64,000 bases of DNA from Candidatus Bipolaricaulota bacterium (lineage in GTDB: Bacteria; Patescibacteriota; Patescibacteriia; UBA11705; DATKZF01). Position numbers and translations under genes: made by a program. Shown here in pieces: positions 1 through 10,720 of this stretch. Below the pieces are notes generated by a model that saw nothing but the letters and a program-made list of their open reading frames with translations, was not told where the DNA came from and did not search any database. The number at the start of each line of letters is the position of its first letter. Position 1 is the stretch's first letter. The stretch covers positions 359,089-423,088 of the forward strand of contig DATKZF010000003.1 in NCBI GenBank assembly GCA_035528115.1. The letters are read 5' to 3'.

Positions 1-227
1 ACAATTCGTTAAAAAAGTTTATAAATAAAATTCTTTAAAAAGAAAACGAGAGCCTTTACGTGGAATAGGCTCTCGCGCGGGCAGGTTCATGAACCGGGAA
101 TGAATTCCTGCCTGCGGCAGAGTGTGATAGTCCGACCTGCTTGAAGTTTGTCAAGGATCATGGACACAAAAAACTCCACCAACTCTCAAAAAAAGCCTTA
201 TTTAAGGTCTTTTTTTTATTGACAGTA

Positions 228-256
228 TTGACAAAAATGTTAAAATTTGATATAAT
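228..256 (+). promoter_or_regulatory. sigma70 promoter TTGACA-17-TATAAT
   Basis: ttgacaaaaatgttaaaatttgatataat. Confidence 0.7.
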
Positions 257-382
257 ATAATAATTAGAATACCGACTCCGTAGCGATTTAATCGGAATTT
301 CCGTAAATTCTTATTAAATCGCTATCGAGACGATGGCCGCTTGGGAATAAACTCGAGCGCATCCCGAGACGGGAGAGAAACG

Positions 383-751
383 ATGGGAAACAAAATTTCT
401 CTGAGTAGGACTATGTGCATCGCCATGGAGATGGCCAGGGTTGCTCTGCGCCACTTTCCTCATACTGCTGGTTGCGGCTGGTTCGAACAGATCGACATCA
501 ACTGGAAGGATGATGACTCCAAAGACAGGCCGGTCGACTCTCTCTTCTTCGAGTTCACTGTCCGCGTCTTTTGTGACATCCGTGCCAAAGTCACATGCGC
601 ACTCGCTCCCCTTCATGGTTACCTCGAAGATGAACAGCATCTAGGCACTGTTTATCTTACCCTCCTCGATGACGACCTTGAGCGGGGGCAACTGCAGTTC
701 AAGTGTCATTTCGCCAATGGGGAGATCGTTGCTCAAACGACGTTTGGGTAA
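383..751 (+). CDS. Orphan hypothetical protein (122 aa)
   Basis: ORF 341..751; ATG at 383 follows GGGAGAG; promoter upstream and terminator downstream. Confidence 0.6.
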   Translation: MGNKISLSRTMCIAMEMARVALRHFPHTAGCGWFEQIDINWKDDDSKDRPVDSLFFEFTVRVFCDIRAKVTCALAPLHGYLEDEQHLGTVYLTLLDDDLERGQLQFKCHFANGEIVAQTTFG

Positions 752-784
752 AGATCTCTGAGCGAACCACCTCACCGTTCTTCT

Positions 785-818
785 GCCGCCATGTCCCACG
801 GACCGCTGGCGGTTTTTT
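785..818 (+). terminator. Intrinsic terminator
   Basis: ccgcca...tggcgg followed by T7. Confidence 0.65.
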
Positions 819-852
819 AATTTTCCCCGAATTCAAGCTATAATAAAGTTAT

Positions 853-1536
853 ATGAAGATCAAAATATTCACGCAAATATTTTTTAAAGTTTTAGCCGCG
901 GTTTTTTTCGTTATTTTTTTAAATCCCCTGCTGGCCGGCCGGTGGAATTATTGGCAAGGCTGGCTTTTTAGCGTGGCCATGATTTTAATGATGATCATTG
1001 AATTGATTTTATTTAGAGACAAACTCGACCTGGCCAAAGAACGAATGAACCCCGGCCCCGGCGTCAAATGGTGGGACAAAATATTATTTCCCGCCTTTTC
1101 ATTGTTCACTTTGGCCGCCTGGGTAGTCGGGGTATTGGACACGGGCAGGTTCGGCCTCAGCGCGGCTTGGCCGATCAGGGCTTATGTCATCAGTTGGCTG
1201 GTATTTATCTTTTCAATTTTTATGTTCACTTGGCCGATGCTGGAAAACAAATGGTTCTCCAGCGTGGTCAGGCTCCAAAAAGACCGCGGACAGCTGGTCT
1301 GCATGACCGGTCCTTATAAATACGTCCGCCATCCCGGATATGTGGGCGGAATTTTAATGGCTTTAAGCCTCGGCGCCATCTTCGGCTCTTTATGGGCGCT
1401 GATTCCCGGCGGTTTGGCCGCGATATTTTTAATCATCAGAACTTACTTGGAAGATAAAACTTTAAAAAAAGAATTGCCCGGGTATTTGGAATATTCGAAA
1501 AAAGTTAAATACAGATTAATACCGAAAATTTGGTAA
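853..1536 (+). CDS. Isoprenylcysteine carboxyl methyltransferase (ICMT/PEMT) family membrane protein
   Basis: Multiple TM segments; GPYKYVRHPGY and ED..L..ELPGY.EY motifs. Confidence 0.85.
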   Translation: MKIKIFTQIFFKVLAAVFFVIFLNPLLAGRWNYWQGWLFSVAMILMMIIELILFRDKLDLAKERMNPGPGVKWWDKILFPAFSLFTLAAWVVGVLDTGRFGLSAAWPIRAYVISWLVFIFSIFMFTWPMLENKWFSSVVRLQKDRGQLVCMTGPYKYVRHPGYVGGILMALSLGAIFGSLWALIPGGLAAIFLIIRTYLEDKTLKKELPGYLEYSKKVKYRLIPKIW

Positions 1537-1665
1537 GACTCTTACTTAAACCTCCATGCAAACAACGTTCTTGTCTCCGATTTCAACACTCCGCGCATTT
1601 ATGACCCGGCCTTTCTCGTTGAAAATAAAAAACCGAAATGATAGACTGAATTCAATGAAAACTTT

Positions 1666-2853
1666 ATGAATCAAATTCAAAAATTAACAGTATCCAACAA
1701 ACGCGTCGGCCCGATTTTGGCGCGGCATCCGTGGATTTTCTCCGGCGCCATTAACAAAATTCCCGACGGCATCGAAAGCGGCGCGCCGGTCGCTGTTTTT
1801 GACGAACAACAAAACTTTCTGGCTCAAGGGTATTTCAATTCATATTCGCAAATCGCGGTTCGCGTCTGGAGTTATGATGAAAAGGAAATCGTGGATGACA
1901 AATTTTTCGAAAAACGAATCAAGCAAGCTTTTGAAATCCGTGAAAATTACGTTGAAAACAAAAAAACGGATGCGTTCAGGATAATCAACAGCGAAAACGA
2001 TTTTTTGCCCGGCCTGATCGCGGACAAATACGGCGATTATGTTGTTTTGCAATTTCACACCAAGGGCATTGAGCGCTGGAAAGATCAAATTTTAAAGGCC
2101 TTGATCAAAATTCTCAAACCGAAAGGCATTTATGAACGCTCCGATCTTCGCGTCAGGGAAATCGAGGCCGGAAAAAAACAAGCCGGACTTTTATACGGCA
2201 AAATTCCGGGAAAAATCAAAATTTCCGAAAACGGTTTTAAGTTTTGGGTGGATGTCGTTAACGGACAAAAAACCGGTTTTTTTCTCGATCAGCGCGCCAA
2301 GCGCTTAGCCTTGATGAAATATGTCGAAAACAAAAATGTTTTGAATTGCTTTTCATACACTGGCGGTTTTTCCGTGTACGCTTTGGCCGCCGGAGCGGAA
2401 AAAACGGTCAGCGTGGATTCCTCGGCCTCCGCGCTCGAGCTTGCCAAAGAAAATATCAAACTCAATAAGCTCGATTTGAAAAAATGCGAATTCATTTGCG
2501 AAGACGCGAAAAAATATTTGATCGCGCCACAGCAAAAATTCGATCTGATAATTCTGGATCCGCCGGCATTCATTAAAGACAGACGAAAAATCAAACAAGG
2601 CCAAGCCGGTTATCGATCCATAAATGAAATGGCCATGAAAATTTTGCCTGAAAACGGAATTTTACTGTCTTGCTCCTGCTCGGCGCATCTGCCGCTGTCC
2701 GACTTTCAATTTGTATTGACTCAGGCCGCGGCCAGAGCGAAAAAAACTTGCCGAATACTTGAAACTTACACTCATGATATCGATCACTTGCGTTTGTCGG
2801 CCTTTTCCGAAAGTGAATATTTAAAAAGCATCTATGCAATCATCACCGATTAA
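1666..2853 (+). CDS. rlmI: RlmI-like class I SAM-dependent 23S rRNA methyltransferase
   Basis: PUA-like HPWIF N-terminus; GQKTGFFLDQR, FSYTGGF, LDPPAF. Confidence 0.85.
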   Translation: MNQIQKLTVSNKRVGPILARHPWIFSGAINKIPDGIESGAPVAVFDEQQNFLAQGYFNSYSQIAVRVWSYDEKEIVDDKFFEKRIKQAFEIRENYVENKKTDAFRIINSENDFLPGLIADKYGDYVVLQFHTKGIERWKDQILKALIKILKPKGIYERSDLRVREIEAGKKQAGLLYGKIPGKIKISENGFKFWVDVVNGQKTGFFLDQRAKRLALMKYVENKNVLNCFSYTGGFSVYALAAGAEKTVSVDSSASALELAKENIKLNKLDLKKCEFICEDAKKYLIAPQQKFDLIILDPPAFIKDRRKIKQGQAGYRSINEMAMKILPENGILLSCSCSAHLPLSDFQFVLTQAAARAKKTCRILETYTHDIDHLRLSAFSESEYLKSIYAIITD

Positions 2854-3451
2854 AAAAGCCAACAACAAACTTCGTCTGAACATGCTGATAATTTTCACTA
2901 TCGGTTATTTAACGATCTTCTCAATTGTTTCGGTGCTAAACCAACGGTATTCATTCCTTTTCTCAGCCGGCCTTATGCTGATTTTTACTTTTCTGGCGCT
3001 CTATCTTTATAAAAAAGCGGGCCTGCCCATTTCCGCCATGACCGCGATGACCTTGATAGCCGCTTTGCATATTTTCGCCGGCAACACGTACATTTACGGC
3101 GCCAGATTGTACGATATCTGGCTGATTGATAAATATCTGAAATTCGATAACTTGGTTCATTTTCTGGGAGGTTTTGTCGCGGTTTACATTATCTTTATTT
3201 TATTGGAGCCATACCTTGATTCAAAAATCAAAGAAAGAAAATTCGTTTTTTCCGTGCTGTTGATTTTAATAGCCGCCGGCATAGGCACGATCAATGAGAT
3301 TTTGGAATTGGGCGCGGTTTTATTCTTAAACGCTTCAACTCTTGTCGGAGATTATTTCAACAACGCTTTTGATTTGCTCTATAATTTTCTGGGAGCGACG
3401 ACCGCCGGACTCTTGGCGATCGGAATGAAAAAAGGCCGCGTTAATAATTGA
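2834..3451 (+). CDS. DUF2238-like membrane protein
   Basis: TM helices; FDNLVHF, NEILE, NAFDL..N motifs. Confidence 0.6.
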   Translation: MQSSPIKKANNKLRLNMLIIFTIGYLTIFSIVSVLNQRYSFLFSAGLMLIFTFLALYLYKKAGLPISAMTAMTLIAALHIFAGNTYIYGARLYDIWLIDKYLKFDNLVHFLGGFVAVYIIFILLEPYLDSKIKERKFVFSVLLILIAAGIGTINEILELGAVLFLNASTLVGDYFNNAFDLLYNFLGATTAGLLAIGMKKGRVNN

Positions 3452-3514
3452 AACAAATAAAAAACGGAGGAGAATATGCCTCTGTTTTTTTTATTTGTGA
3501 AACACTCATTACAA

Positions 3515-5809
3515 TTAATTGACAATCGTTTCGAATGTCCACTGCTTGGCATTATTAATGAAAATTTCTTCGTATTTCGATCCCCATTCGAGCTGATAAA
3601 TTTGCGGATAGCTGCCTTTTTGATCCGGCGCGTCAATATAAAACTCGAAAGAATAAGTCTCGCCCGGAGCGACCGCTTTACTGATTTTATTGACCGCGTA
3701 TTTGGAATTCCATGAATAATCGTAAAAATGACTGGTTAACCAACTATTATTCTGGGTGTTTTTATAACTTCTTAATACCAGGTTTTGATTCCAAGAATTA
3801 AGCCCCGTATTTTTGAAAGTCAATTTAACCTTGGTTCGCGAAGAAGCCGCGAGCGATTCGGGAAATGTCGATTCGATCAATTCGGCCGCGTACGGCGTGT
3901 CAATTCTGGTTAACAAATCCACTTCTCCGCCTAATATCGACTCGCTGACCGCTTCATAATCTCCGTCAATCGGTTCGCCGGTCAGTCTGACGAGCTCAAA
4001 CTGCGGCCGAAAAAGTCCGGGACCGCGCGTTTGCAAATCAAAACTCCAAGTGGCGATCTCGCCCGGCTCGATCACATCATCTTCGCCGTCGCCGCTCGCG
4101 TCCCAGGAACCGTTCAAAAAAGCGATGAAGCCATTTTTATTGGTCCATTGATCATGATAAAACGCGTCATTGCCATTGGCTCGATCGGTCACTTTCAATC
4201 TGATCTCCGGAAATGTCCAATTTTTAGTGGAAGTGTTTTTGTATTTCAAAACAATTTGAGGCGTGGTGTCGGAAAAATAAGCGGGCGAAAATTTCTTATC
4301 GACCAATTCCGCGGAATAGTAAGAGTCGGCGTTATAAACGGTCACGCTGGCTCGACCGGCGGCGAAATAACCTTCTTGGCCTTTAACCAAAACCAAATTC
4401 TTTTCTTCTTTTTCTCCGAGCGGCGCGGTGATGGTCGCGTAAAACCTGGAGGTATCCCCCGGTTTGACATTAGGCTTGTCCGACACGATGTAATCGGTTC
4501 TGATGCTGGAATAAACGTCATTATCCTTTTCATCAGCTGTTTCTTCGGACAGCGCCGCGGCCGAAAATTGATTCAGCTTGGCCAATTTTTCCCCTTCTGC
4601 GGATTCGGTCAACCTGACCAAATCTTGTTCTATCGTTGAAAAATTATGCCAAGTCGTATTGCCTTCATTTCGAAATTCGAACCAAACCTGCTTTGTTTGT
4701 CCGTTCTTTAAGGTAATCTGATCATCGCTTTGGTCAAGCAAAGTCGCCTTGTAAACTCTTTTGTTTTTCAATTCATTATATTTGATTTGCGCTTGGGTGC
4801 GAATGATCGGCAATGAAGATTCTATATTCATTCCGGGGCAAGAAGTGCAGTCAACGTCTTTGTGTCCGACAACGGTCGGCAAAAACAGTCCCTCGCGAGT
4901 GCTGTAGCCGCCGGGCGGCAAAGACATATCCAGCCCCAGCTTGGCGATCAAATTGATCAACGACGCTCTGGCCGCGGCGGATAAAGATTGCTCGTTATAA
5001 TCGCCCAAAACAGCGATGCCGATCGTGCCGTGATTAAAGCCGATGACATCGCCGTCTCCGCTGAACACGCTCGAATCGCAAACCGAGCTTCGGAGCGTGT
5101 GCCCGCCTATAGCGCCCTCTCCGCCTTGCCTGCCTTCGAAGATTTCTCCATCCGGAGCGATTAAATAATTATAACCGATATCTCCCCAGCCGAGGCCGTT
5201 GGCCTGCCAGTTGTAAATGCTGCTTACCATCAATTTGTAATCCGCCGAGTTGATGAATTCATCGCCGTTCAAATCCTTTGGCGCCGAACCCGTGTGATGG
5301 AGTATCAAATGATCAATGCCGTAATAATTCACCGGCCAATCCACGTTCGATGACTCCGAAAGCCATTGATTTCTGGGAATTATCTTGAAAGATGGGTCGG
5401 GAACCAATTCCTCGCTCATTGTCGTGGCCGCGGACAACAGCCCGCCCTTAACAAAATCCGAAGTTTGGCTGAAAATTTTCAAACTTTTGACATAACTTTT
5501 ATTTTCAAATTTCAATTCGACTTTATTGCCGGAAGTAAAATGCAAATCGGAGAAAATTTGCTCGTTAATGCTTTCATCTTTGACCGCCATTTCAAAATCT
5601 ACTTTTCGCCAATCGCCATTAACCGCAAACGACAAGCCTGGGTCTTTGTCCGCGTCCAAAATAAAAGCCAGAGAGTCAAACTCCGGCAAATCATATACAC
5701 TTTTGTTTAAATCAACCGCGGTTATCTGAAAATTGGGGCCGGAAGCTTGAGCCGCTTTCACGCCAAAAAAAATCAAAATAAATATTATAACCGCGAAAAA
5801 TTTTTTCAT
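3515..5809 (-). CDS. Secreted N-acetylmuramoyl-L-alanine amidase (Amidase_2/PGRP) with C-terminal Ig-like (NBR1-type) domains
   Basis: Signal peptide MKKFF; LHHT, WGDIGYNYLI, FEGR, GHKD..TSCPG; repeated N.G/S...W Ig motifs. Confidence 0.85.
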   Translation of the reverse strand: MKKFFAVIIFILIFFGVKAAQASGPNFQITAVDLNKSVYDLPEFDSLAFILDADKDPGLSFAVNGDWRKVDFEMAVKDESINEQIFSDLHFTSGNKVELKFENKSYVKSLKIFSQTSDFVKGGLLSAATTMSEELVPDPSFKIIPRNQWLSESSNVDWPVNYYGIDHLILHHTGSAPKDLNGDEFINSADYKLMVSSIYNWQANGLGWGDIGYNYLIAPDGEIFEGRQGGEGAIGGHTLRSSVCDSSVFSGDGDVIGFNHGTIGIAVLGDYNEQSLSAAARASLINLIAKLGLDMSLPPGGYSTREGLFLPTVVGHKDVDCTSCPGMNIESSLPIIRTQAQIKYNELKNKRVYKATLLDQSDDQITLKNGQTKQVWFEFRNEGNTTWHNFSTIEQDLVRLTESAEGEKLAKLNQFSAAALSEETADEKDNDVYSSIRTDYIVSDKPNVKPGDTSRFYATITAPLGEKEEKNLVLVKGQEGYFAAGRASVTVYNADSYYSAELVDKKFSPAYFSDTTPQIVLKYKNTSTKNWTFPEIRLKVTDRANGNDAFYHDQWTNKNGFIAFLNGSWDASGDGEDDVIEPGEIATWSFDLQTRGPGLFRPQFELVRLTGEPIDGDYEAVSESILGGEVDLLTRIDTPYAAELIESTFPESLAASSRTKVKLTFKNTGLNSWNQNLVLRSYKNTQNNSWLTSHFYDYSWNSKYAVNKISKAVAPGETYSFEFYIDAPDQKGSYPQIYQLEWGSKYEEIFINNAKQWTFETIVN

Positions 5810-5862
5810 ATGGTTTTCCGCTTCCATTATACCATATTCATGGCGCGGGCGGGCGCGCCCCG

Positions 5863-5891
5863 GTAGGAACAGGGCAATGCCCTGTTCCTAC
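5863..5891. repeat. GTAG-type REP palindrome, copy 1
   Basis: GTAGGAACAGGGCAATGCCCTGTTCCTAC. Confidence 0.85.
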
Positions 5892-7174
5892 ATCGGCGGC
5901 AACGCCGCCAGCCGCGCCATCAATATCCACCAAAAAACGGCCAAATCATTTTTAAAATACGGCACATCAACCAATCCGTGAATTAAAATCACGGCAAAAA
6001 TCATTAAAATTATAAAATATTCTTCCCTTGTTTCCAATTTCTTTTTCCCGCCTTCCCAATACCCCCAAAACACTTTTCCGATTATCAAAAACCAAGTCGC
6101 CAATCCCAGCAAGCCGATTTCCGACCAAAAATTCAAGAAAATATTGTGCGGATACAAATAAATTTCAATGTAATCTTTTATGTGAAACGGCGCCACGCGA
6201 ATTTGATAACCGGCCAGACCCGCGCCTTCAATCGGCGTTTCCGAAAGCATGTCAATTGTCTCCCCCCACATTTCCATCCTGACTTGCCCTGAAAAATCTC
6301 GCAAAGTCAGTTTTTCCCAAACGATATTTCTTTCAGCGGGCTGGAAAACGAAAAAGCCTGTCAGCAAAACAATCGCTCCTACCAAAAACCATCTGGTTTT
6401 TTTGTTTTTGAAAAAAATTATGGCGGAAACAACGGCCATGGCCGCGATCGCTCCCTCGGACTGCGCAAATACAATGGCGAGAGATGACAACACAATAGTC
6501 ATGACGAAAAAAATTCTTTTCAGCCAGGAATTTTCTTGCCATTTCAAAACCAATTCGCCCAAATTCCAAATGGCAATCGGAGCCAAAAACAAACCGATGG
6601 CATTAGGGTAGCCGAAGATTGAAGTGACTCGCCGAGTTTCCGCGGCTTGCCAAAAAGCATTTGGAATCCAGGCGCCGGTGAATTTTTGATAAATGGCGAA
6701 AAGAGAAATCAAAATCGCGCTGACGGAAAAAGCGAAAAAAAGTTTTTGAAAATCTTTTTTGTTTTTAAAAGTGTTGATTAAAACAATGAACAACAAAATC
6801 GGTTCGATAAAATAAGCTTTCCAAATTCCCAAGGCCGCGATTTTATCCGGCGAGACAATCACGCCGATGGTGGCGGCGAGCAGAAAAAGCATGATTAACC
6901 ATTTGAATCCTCGACCAAGCTTGGCCACGCGCCCACCTTGTCCACTCGCTTTGCTCGTCGCTTTTCGGCCTCTCCTTGAAACAATAAACCTTATCAGCCA
7001 AACCGCGAAAACGATTAATATCATCAATTCCAAAACAGTCATCGGAATCGGCCCGATTTTGAATCTTAAAAGATAAGAGGGCAAACCAAGGGCGATCAAA
7101 ATCAAAGCCCAATCAAGCTTTTTCCAGGCTAAAATGGCAAAAATTACAGTAAAAACACTCGCAAAAATTAGCAT
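5888..7174 (-). CDS. O-antigen ligase (Wzy_C) family protein
   Basis: Many TMs; FGYPNAIG, SEGA, YPHNIFL..WSEIG. Confidence 0.85.
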   Translation of the reverse strand: MLIFASVFTVIFAILAWKKLDWALILIALGLPSYLLRFKIGPIPMTVLELMILIVFAVWLIRFIVSRRGRKATSKASGQGGRVAKLGRGFKWLIMLFLLAATIGVIVSPDKIAALGIWKAYFIEPILLFIVLINTFKNKKDFQKLFFAFSVSAILISLFAIYQKFTGAWIPNAFWQAAETRRVTSIFGYPNAIGLFLAPIAIWNLGELVLKWQENSWLKRIFFVMTIVLSSLAIVFAQSEGAIAAMAVVSAIIFFKNKKTRWFLVGAIVLLTGFFVFQPAERNIVWEKLTLRDFSGQVRMEMWGETIDMLSETPIEGAGLAGYQIRVAPFHIKDYIEIYLYPHNIFLNFWSEIGLLGLATWFLIIGKVFWGYWEGGKKKLETREEYFIILMIFAVILIHGLVDVPYFKNDLAVFWWILMARLAALPPM

Positions 7175-7250
7175 ATCGTTGACAAAATATTAAATTTGTG
7201 GTAATTTCTTAAGTTGCTTCACCCCCAACCCATGCGAGGAGGAGGACAGC

Positions 7251-7421
7251 ATGAACAGCGAAAGACTGGCGGCGATCAAGATGTTCCTCGAGCAGGCACG
7301 TGACCGCAACACGGCCATGCAGGCCCGCCACCCCGAGTGGAAGACACTCCTGAAGGCCAACCTGCCCGAACTGCCCGCCGCCGAGCCCGCCAACAGTGAG
7401 CCCATGCCCGCGGCCGCCTGA
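7251..7421 (+). CDS. Small orphan protein (56 aa, MNSERLAAIKMFLEQ...), below ORF-track cutoff
   Basis: TTGACA-17-TAATTT at 7179-7207; SD GAGGAGG; GC-rich codons; terminator ~7455-7482. Confidence 0.65.
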   Translation: MNSERLAAIKMFLEQARDRNTAMQARHPEWKTLLKANLPELPAAEPANSEPMPAAA

Positions 7422-7525
7422 TCCTCACCTCAACACCAACGCCCCCCCATTTCCCCCCAGCCGAATCGGCCGGGGCTTTTTTATCTCCTTAATTCTAAAG
7501 TCTTCCCCTTCTCCTTAATTCTCTT

Positions 7526-8902
7526 TCATCTCCATCTCTTTAATCTTTCTCCCTTCAACTCCATTCGGGGCATGCCTTCAACCTTAATCTTCACCTCGGC
7601 CATGGCCAATCCAACCACAATCCAAACAAACGGCAAATAAATTATTGAAAACGAATTATATTGAATCAAAATGGCGATAATCACCCAAAAAAAACCTTCC
7701 AGCAAAATTTTCCTCAATTTATCCCCACTCGCTTTCATTGCTTTATACAAATAGAATAACAACAAAACAAAAAAACTCATAATCGCCAAAAACCCCCAAA
7801 TTCCGTTTTCCGCCAAAATTTCCAAATACAAATTATTAACGATTTTCCAATCTTGCCTCGATTCCCAGGCTTTTAGCGGCGCCAAAATACCGAAACTTCC
7901 CGGCCCTGATCCGAGCCATGGATGTTCTTTGAAAATCAGCCAAGCTTCCTTAAACGTTTCTTGCCTTTCCTGAAAAGCCGCGCCTTGAAAGGGATGGGTC
8001 GCGCGGTAAATGAATTGACCCGAAATGCCTGACGGAGCGATGAAATAAATCAATGTTCCGGCCAGACTGATTAAAACCAGCGCGGACACCGCCGCGATTT
8101 TTATTTTTCGAGAAATTTTTGAATAATTGAAAACCGCGAAGAGGATCAAAACGGCCAGCCCGGCCAGAAAAGCGCCTCTGGCGCTGGTCAGAACAAAATT
8201 TATCAGACTTAAAACCAAGGTGACTCGCAAAAACCATTTCATGCGCTCGCTTTTAACTTTATTCAATAAAAACAACGAACAAAAAACAATTGGCAAAAGC
8301 AAAAAATCGGCAAAATAAAGCGGCTCAATGAAAAGGCCTTGAACTCTGGTAAATCCCAAAATACTTTTGGTATATTTTTCAGTTAAAAAAGTCCAATTCG
8401 GGCCAAGCCCGGCCATGTCGGCGATGAATTGATAAAGCCCGAAAACGCAGGTTACTAAACTTGAGACCAAAAAGACTTTGATGGCTGTCGCGACTTCTTT
8501 TATCTTGTGGAAAAACTGTGGAATAAAAATAGATAAGCTTAAAATGAACACTGTGCTGACGAAAACAAACAAACTTCTATTTAAATCCGGACTAAAAAAC
8601 AAACCAAGGCCCATGATAATAAAAAATATGATACTCAATCTTTGCAAAGTATAGATTTTAGAGAATCTTGACCTGTATTCTTCAAATAATATCTTGGCAT
8701 TTTTATTGGCGGCGACTTCAAAAATCTTTTTATAAAACCAAATCAAAATTCCGATCAATAAAAAAACATGCGTCGGCCGGACGGTCGCTCCGAAAACATT
8801 GAATACAAAAACCCTTTCAATCGGCAAACAAAAAATGGCCGCATACAGCCAATATTTGCTGCCGGAAAACGTAATTTTTAATTTTTCAAATATATTTTTC
8901 AC
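7526..8902 (-). CDS. O-antigen ligase (Wzy_C) family protein
   Basis: Many TMs; F.EP..FA, SARGA, G.GPGSF, NNLYLE..AENG; likely GTG start at 8902 (track start lies inside a REP). Confidence 0.85.
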   Translation of the reverse strand: MKNIFEKLKITFSGSKYWLYAAIFCLPIERVFVFNVFGATVRPTHVFLLIGILIWFYKKIFEVAANKNAKILFEEYRSRFSKIYTLQRLSIIFFIIMGLGLFFSPDLNRSLFVFVSTVFILSLSIFIPQFFHKIKEVATAIKVFLVSSLVTCVFGLYQFIADMAGLGPNWTFLTEKYTKSILGFTRVQGLFIEPLYFADFLLLPIVFCSLFLLNKVKSERMKWFLRVTLVLSLINFVLTSARGAFLAGLAVLILFAVFNYSKISRKIKIAAVSALVLISLAGTLIYFIAPSGISGQFIYRATHPFQGAAFQERQETFKEAWLIFKEHPWLGSGPGSFGILAPLKAWESRQDWKIVNNLYLEILAENGIWGFLAIMSFFVLLLFYLYKAMKASGDKLRKILLEGFFWVIIAILIQYNSFSIIYLPFVWIVVGLAMAEVKIKVEGMPRMELKGERLKRWR

Positions 8903-8939
8903 ATTTGAAATTTCGCGCGGCAGCGCGCGATCGCGCGCC

Positions 8940-9027
8940 GTAGGAACAGGGCAATGCCCTGTTCCCACATCGCCGTTACCGGCGATGGCCGCGCCATTCG
9001 TACAGACGCGCCGCGGCGCGTCTCATA
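8940..9027. repeat. GTAG-type REP copy 2 plus a second GC palindrome
   Basis: GTAGGAACAGGGCAATGCCCTGTTCCCAC (8940-8968); AGACGCGCCGCGGCGCGTCT. Confidence 0.8.
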
Positions 9028-10156
9028 AAAAATTTCGATATCCATCAATCATCTTCTCCATTGAAAAATTCCTCGCCGTCTCCAATCCTGCCGCTTTGAA
9101 CTTTTTCGCCAAATCCGGATTATTATAAAGTTTCAAAATCGCTTGCTTCAAATCTTGCACATTGTCCGTTTCAAACAGCAGACCGTTTTCATTGTTTTTG
9201 ATAATTTCCGGCAATCCGCCAACATTGGCCGCGATGACCGGCACCTTGGCCAACATGGCTTCCAAAATCGCAATGCCGAATGCTTCTTTTTTCGAGGGCA
9301 AAACAAACAAATCGAAATCTTCGAGCCACTCGTAAACATTTTCCTGAAAACCAAACAGGACGACACTGTCTTTTATTTTCAATATATCGATCAAGCCTTC
9401 CAAATCCTGCCTGCTCGGCCCTTCGCCGATAATGGTCAAATGAATATCGGGAATTTCCGTTTTCAATTCGCCAATCGCTTTAATCAACAGCCCCAAATTT
9501 TTTTCATGACTCAATCTGCTGATCGAGCACACATTAAAATGCTTTTTTTCAAAGTCCGAATAATTCTTATCAGCCAAATTTTGATAAATGTCTTCCTGAA
9601 AAAACTTTTTCGACAAATCAATACCGTTGTAAATCACCTTGACGTTCTTGACCTTTATTTTTTCCAATTCTTTTTTCACGAATTCTGACACGCAAACGAC
9701 CGTTGCCAGACGCGACCACCATTGATATAAAAATCTGTACGGGTTTTTGGTCAGCCAGCGCTCGATGGACACGTGCTCTTGCCAAATAACCTTATAGCCG
9801 AGCAGTTTGGCCATTGGCGTGATCAAAATTTTCTCGGTCAAAGACAAGCAAAACAAGATTTTGGTTTTATGTTTGATTCTATAATAAACAATAATGGCCA
9901 GCAGGCTTAAAAACGAATAAATGGCGAGGATCGGAAACAAAAAAAGCGCCCAAATCGCCACCGGCTCCACGCCGACCCACCAATATTTTTGCGGCCAATT
10001 TCTTTTTTCGAATTCGGCCGTTAAAACTTTATCCGAGGACATTAAAAAAAAATTGAAATCTTCCTTTTTCAATCTTTCCACCAATTCCAGCGTATACTTT
10101 TCCCCTCCGCCGAATTGGGATTGGTAGGGAAATTTGAGGATTAATATGTTCGACAT
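9023..10156 (-). CDS. Glycosyltransferase family 4
   Basis: GGGE N-terminus; EAFGIAILEAM, NVGG. Confidence 0.9.
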   Translation of the reverse strand: MSNILILKFPYQSQFGGGEKYTLELVERLKKEDFNFFLMSSDKVLTAEFEKRNWPQKYWWVGVEPVAIWALFLFPILAIYSFLSLLAIIVYYRIKHKTKILFCLSLTEKILITPMAKLLGYKVIWQEHVSIERWLTKNPYRFLYQWWSRLATVVCVSEFVKKELEKIKVKNVKVIYNGIDLSKKFFQEDIYQNLADKNYSDFEKKHFNVCSISRLSHEKNLGLLIKAIGELKTEIPDIHLTIIGEGPSRQDLEGLIDILKIKDSVVLFGFQENVYEWLEDFDLFVLPSKKEAFGIAILEAMLAKVPVIAANVGGLPEIIKNNENGLLFETDNVQDLKQAILKLYNNPDLAKKFKAAGLETARNFSMEKMIDGYRNFL

Positions 10157-10171
10157 ATTATTTATTTAGCT

Positions 10172-10409
10172 AAGATTTCTCCACTTCACTCGTCGTCGCT
10201 ATGCTCGACTCACTCCGGTCGAAATGACAAAGAGGGATGATATCTTTTTTTTGTCACCTCGAGCGAATCCGAGAGCTCTTTTCCTAATTGACCGTCGTTG
10301 TCATCTCGACCGAAGTCGTCCGAAGCTTTGGCGAAGGATGACGAAGCGGAGAGCTCTTTTCCTAATTAACCATCGTTGTCATCTCGACTGAAATGGAGAG
10401 ATCTTTTCC
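10172..10409. repeat. GIY-YIG-associated palindromic repeat cluster
   Basis: AGATTTCTCC..GGTCGAAATGACA plus three TGTCATCTCGACCGAAGCGGAGAGATCTTTTCC-like copies. Confidence 0.85.
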
Positions 10410-10422
10410 AAAACCGGCCAGC

Positions 10423-10710
10423 TTAAATGCTTTGGGACAAATCATCCCAATCCGGATTCATTTCCTCAATCAGCCGGATTTTCTTTTCCCTTCTCCATTT
10501 CTTCAATTGCTTTTCCCGCTCAATCGCTTCATTAATATCATTGAAATTTTCAAAATACACCAGTCTGGTGCAATTGTATTTTTTTGTAAAACCTTCAATT
10601 ATTTTATCTTGGTGTTCAGCCACTCTTCTGACCAAATCGTTCGTTACTCCAACGTATAACGTTCTTTTATAGCTTGCCATTATATAAACATGGTAATTGT
10701 TTTCAAACAT
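10423..10710 (-). CDS. Small GIY-YIG nuclease (Ssn-like)
   Basis: VYIMAS..RTLYVGVTNDL.RRV.EH, EAI.REKQLKKW.R, N..W.DL. Confidence 0.9.
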   Translation of the reverse strand: MFENNYHVYIMASYKRTLYVGVTNDLVRRVAEHQDKIIEGFTKKYNCTRLVYFENFNDINEAIEREKQLKKWRREKKIRLIEEMNPDWDDLSQSI

Positions 10711-10720
10711 ATGCATCATT

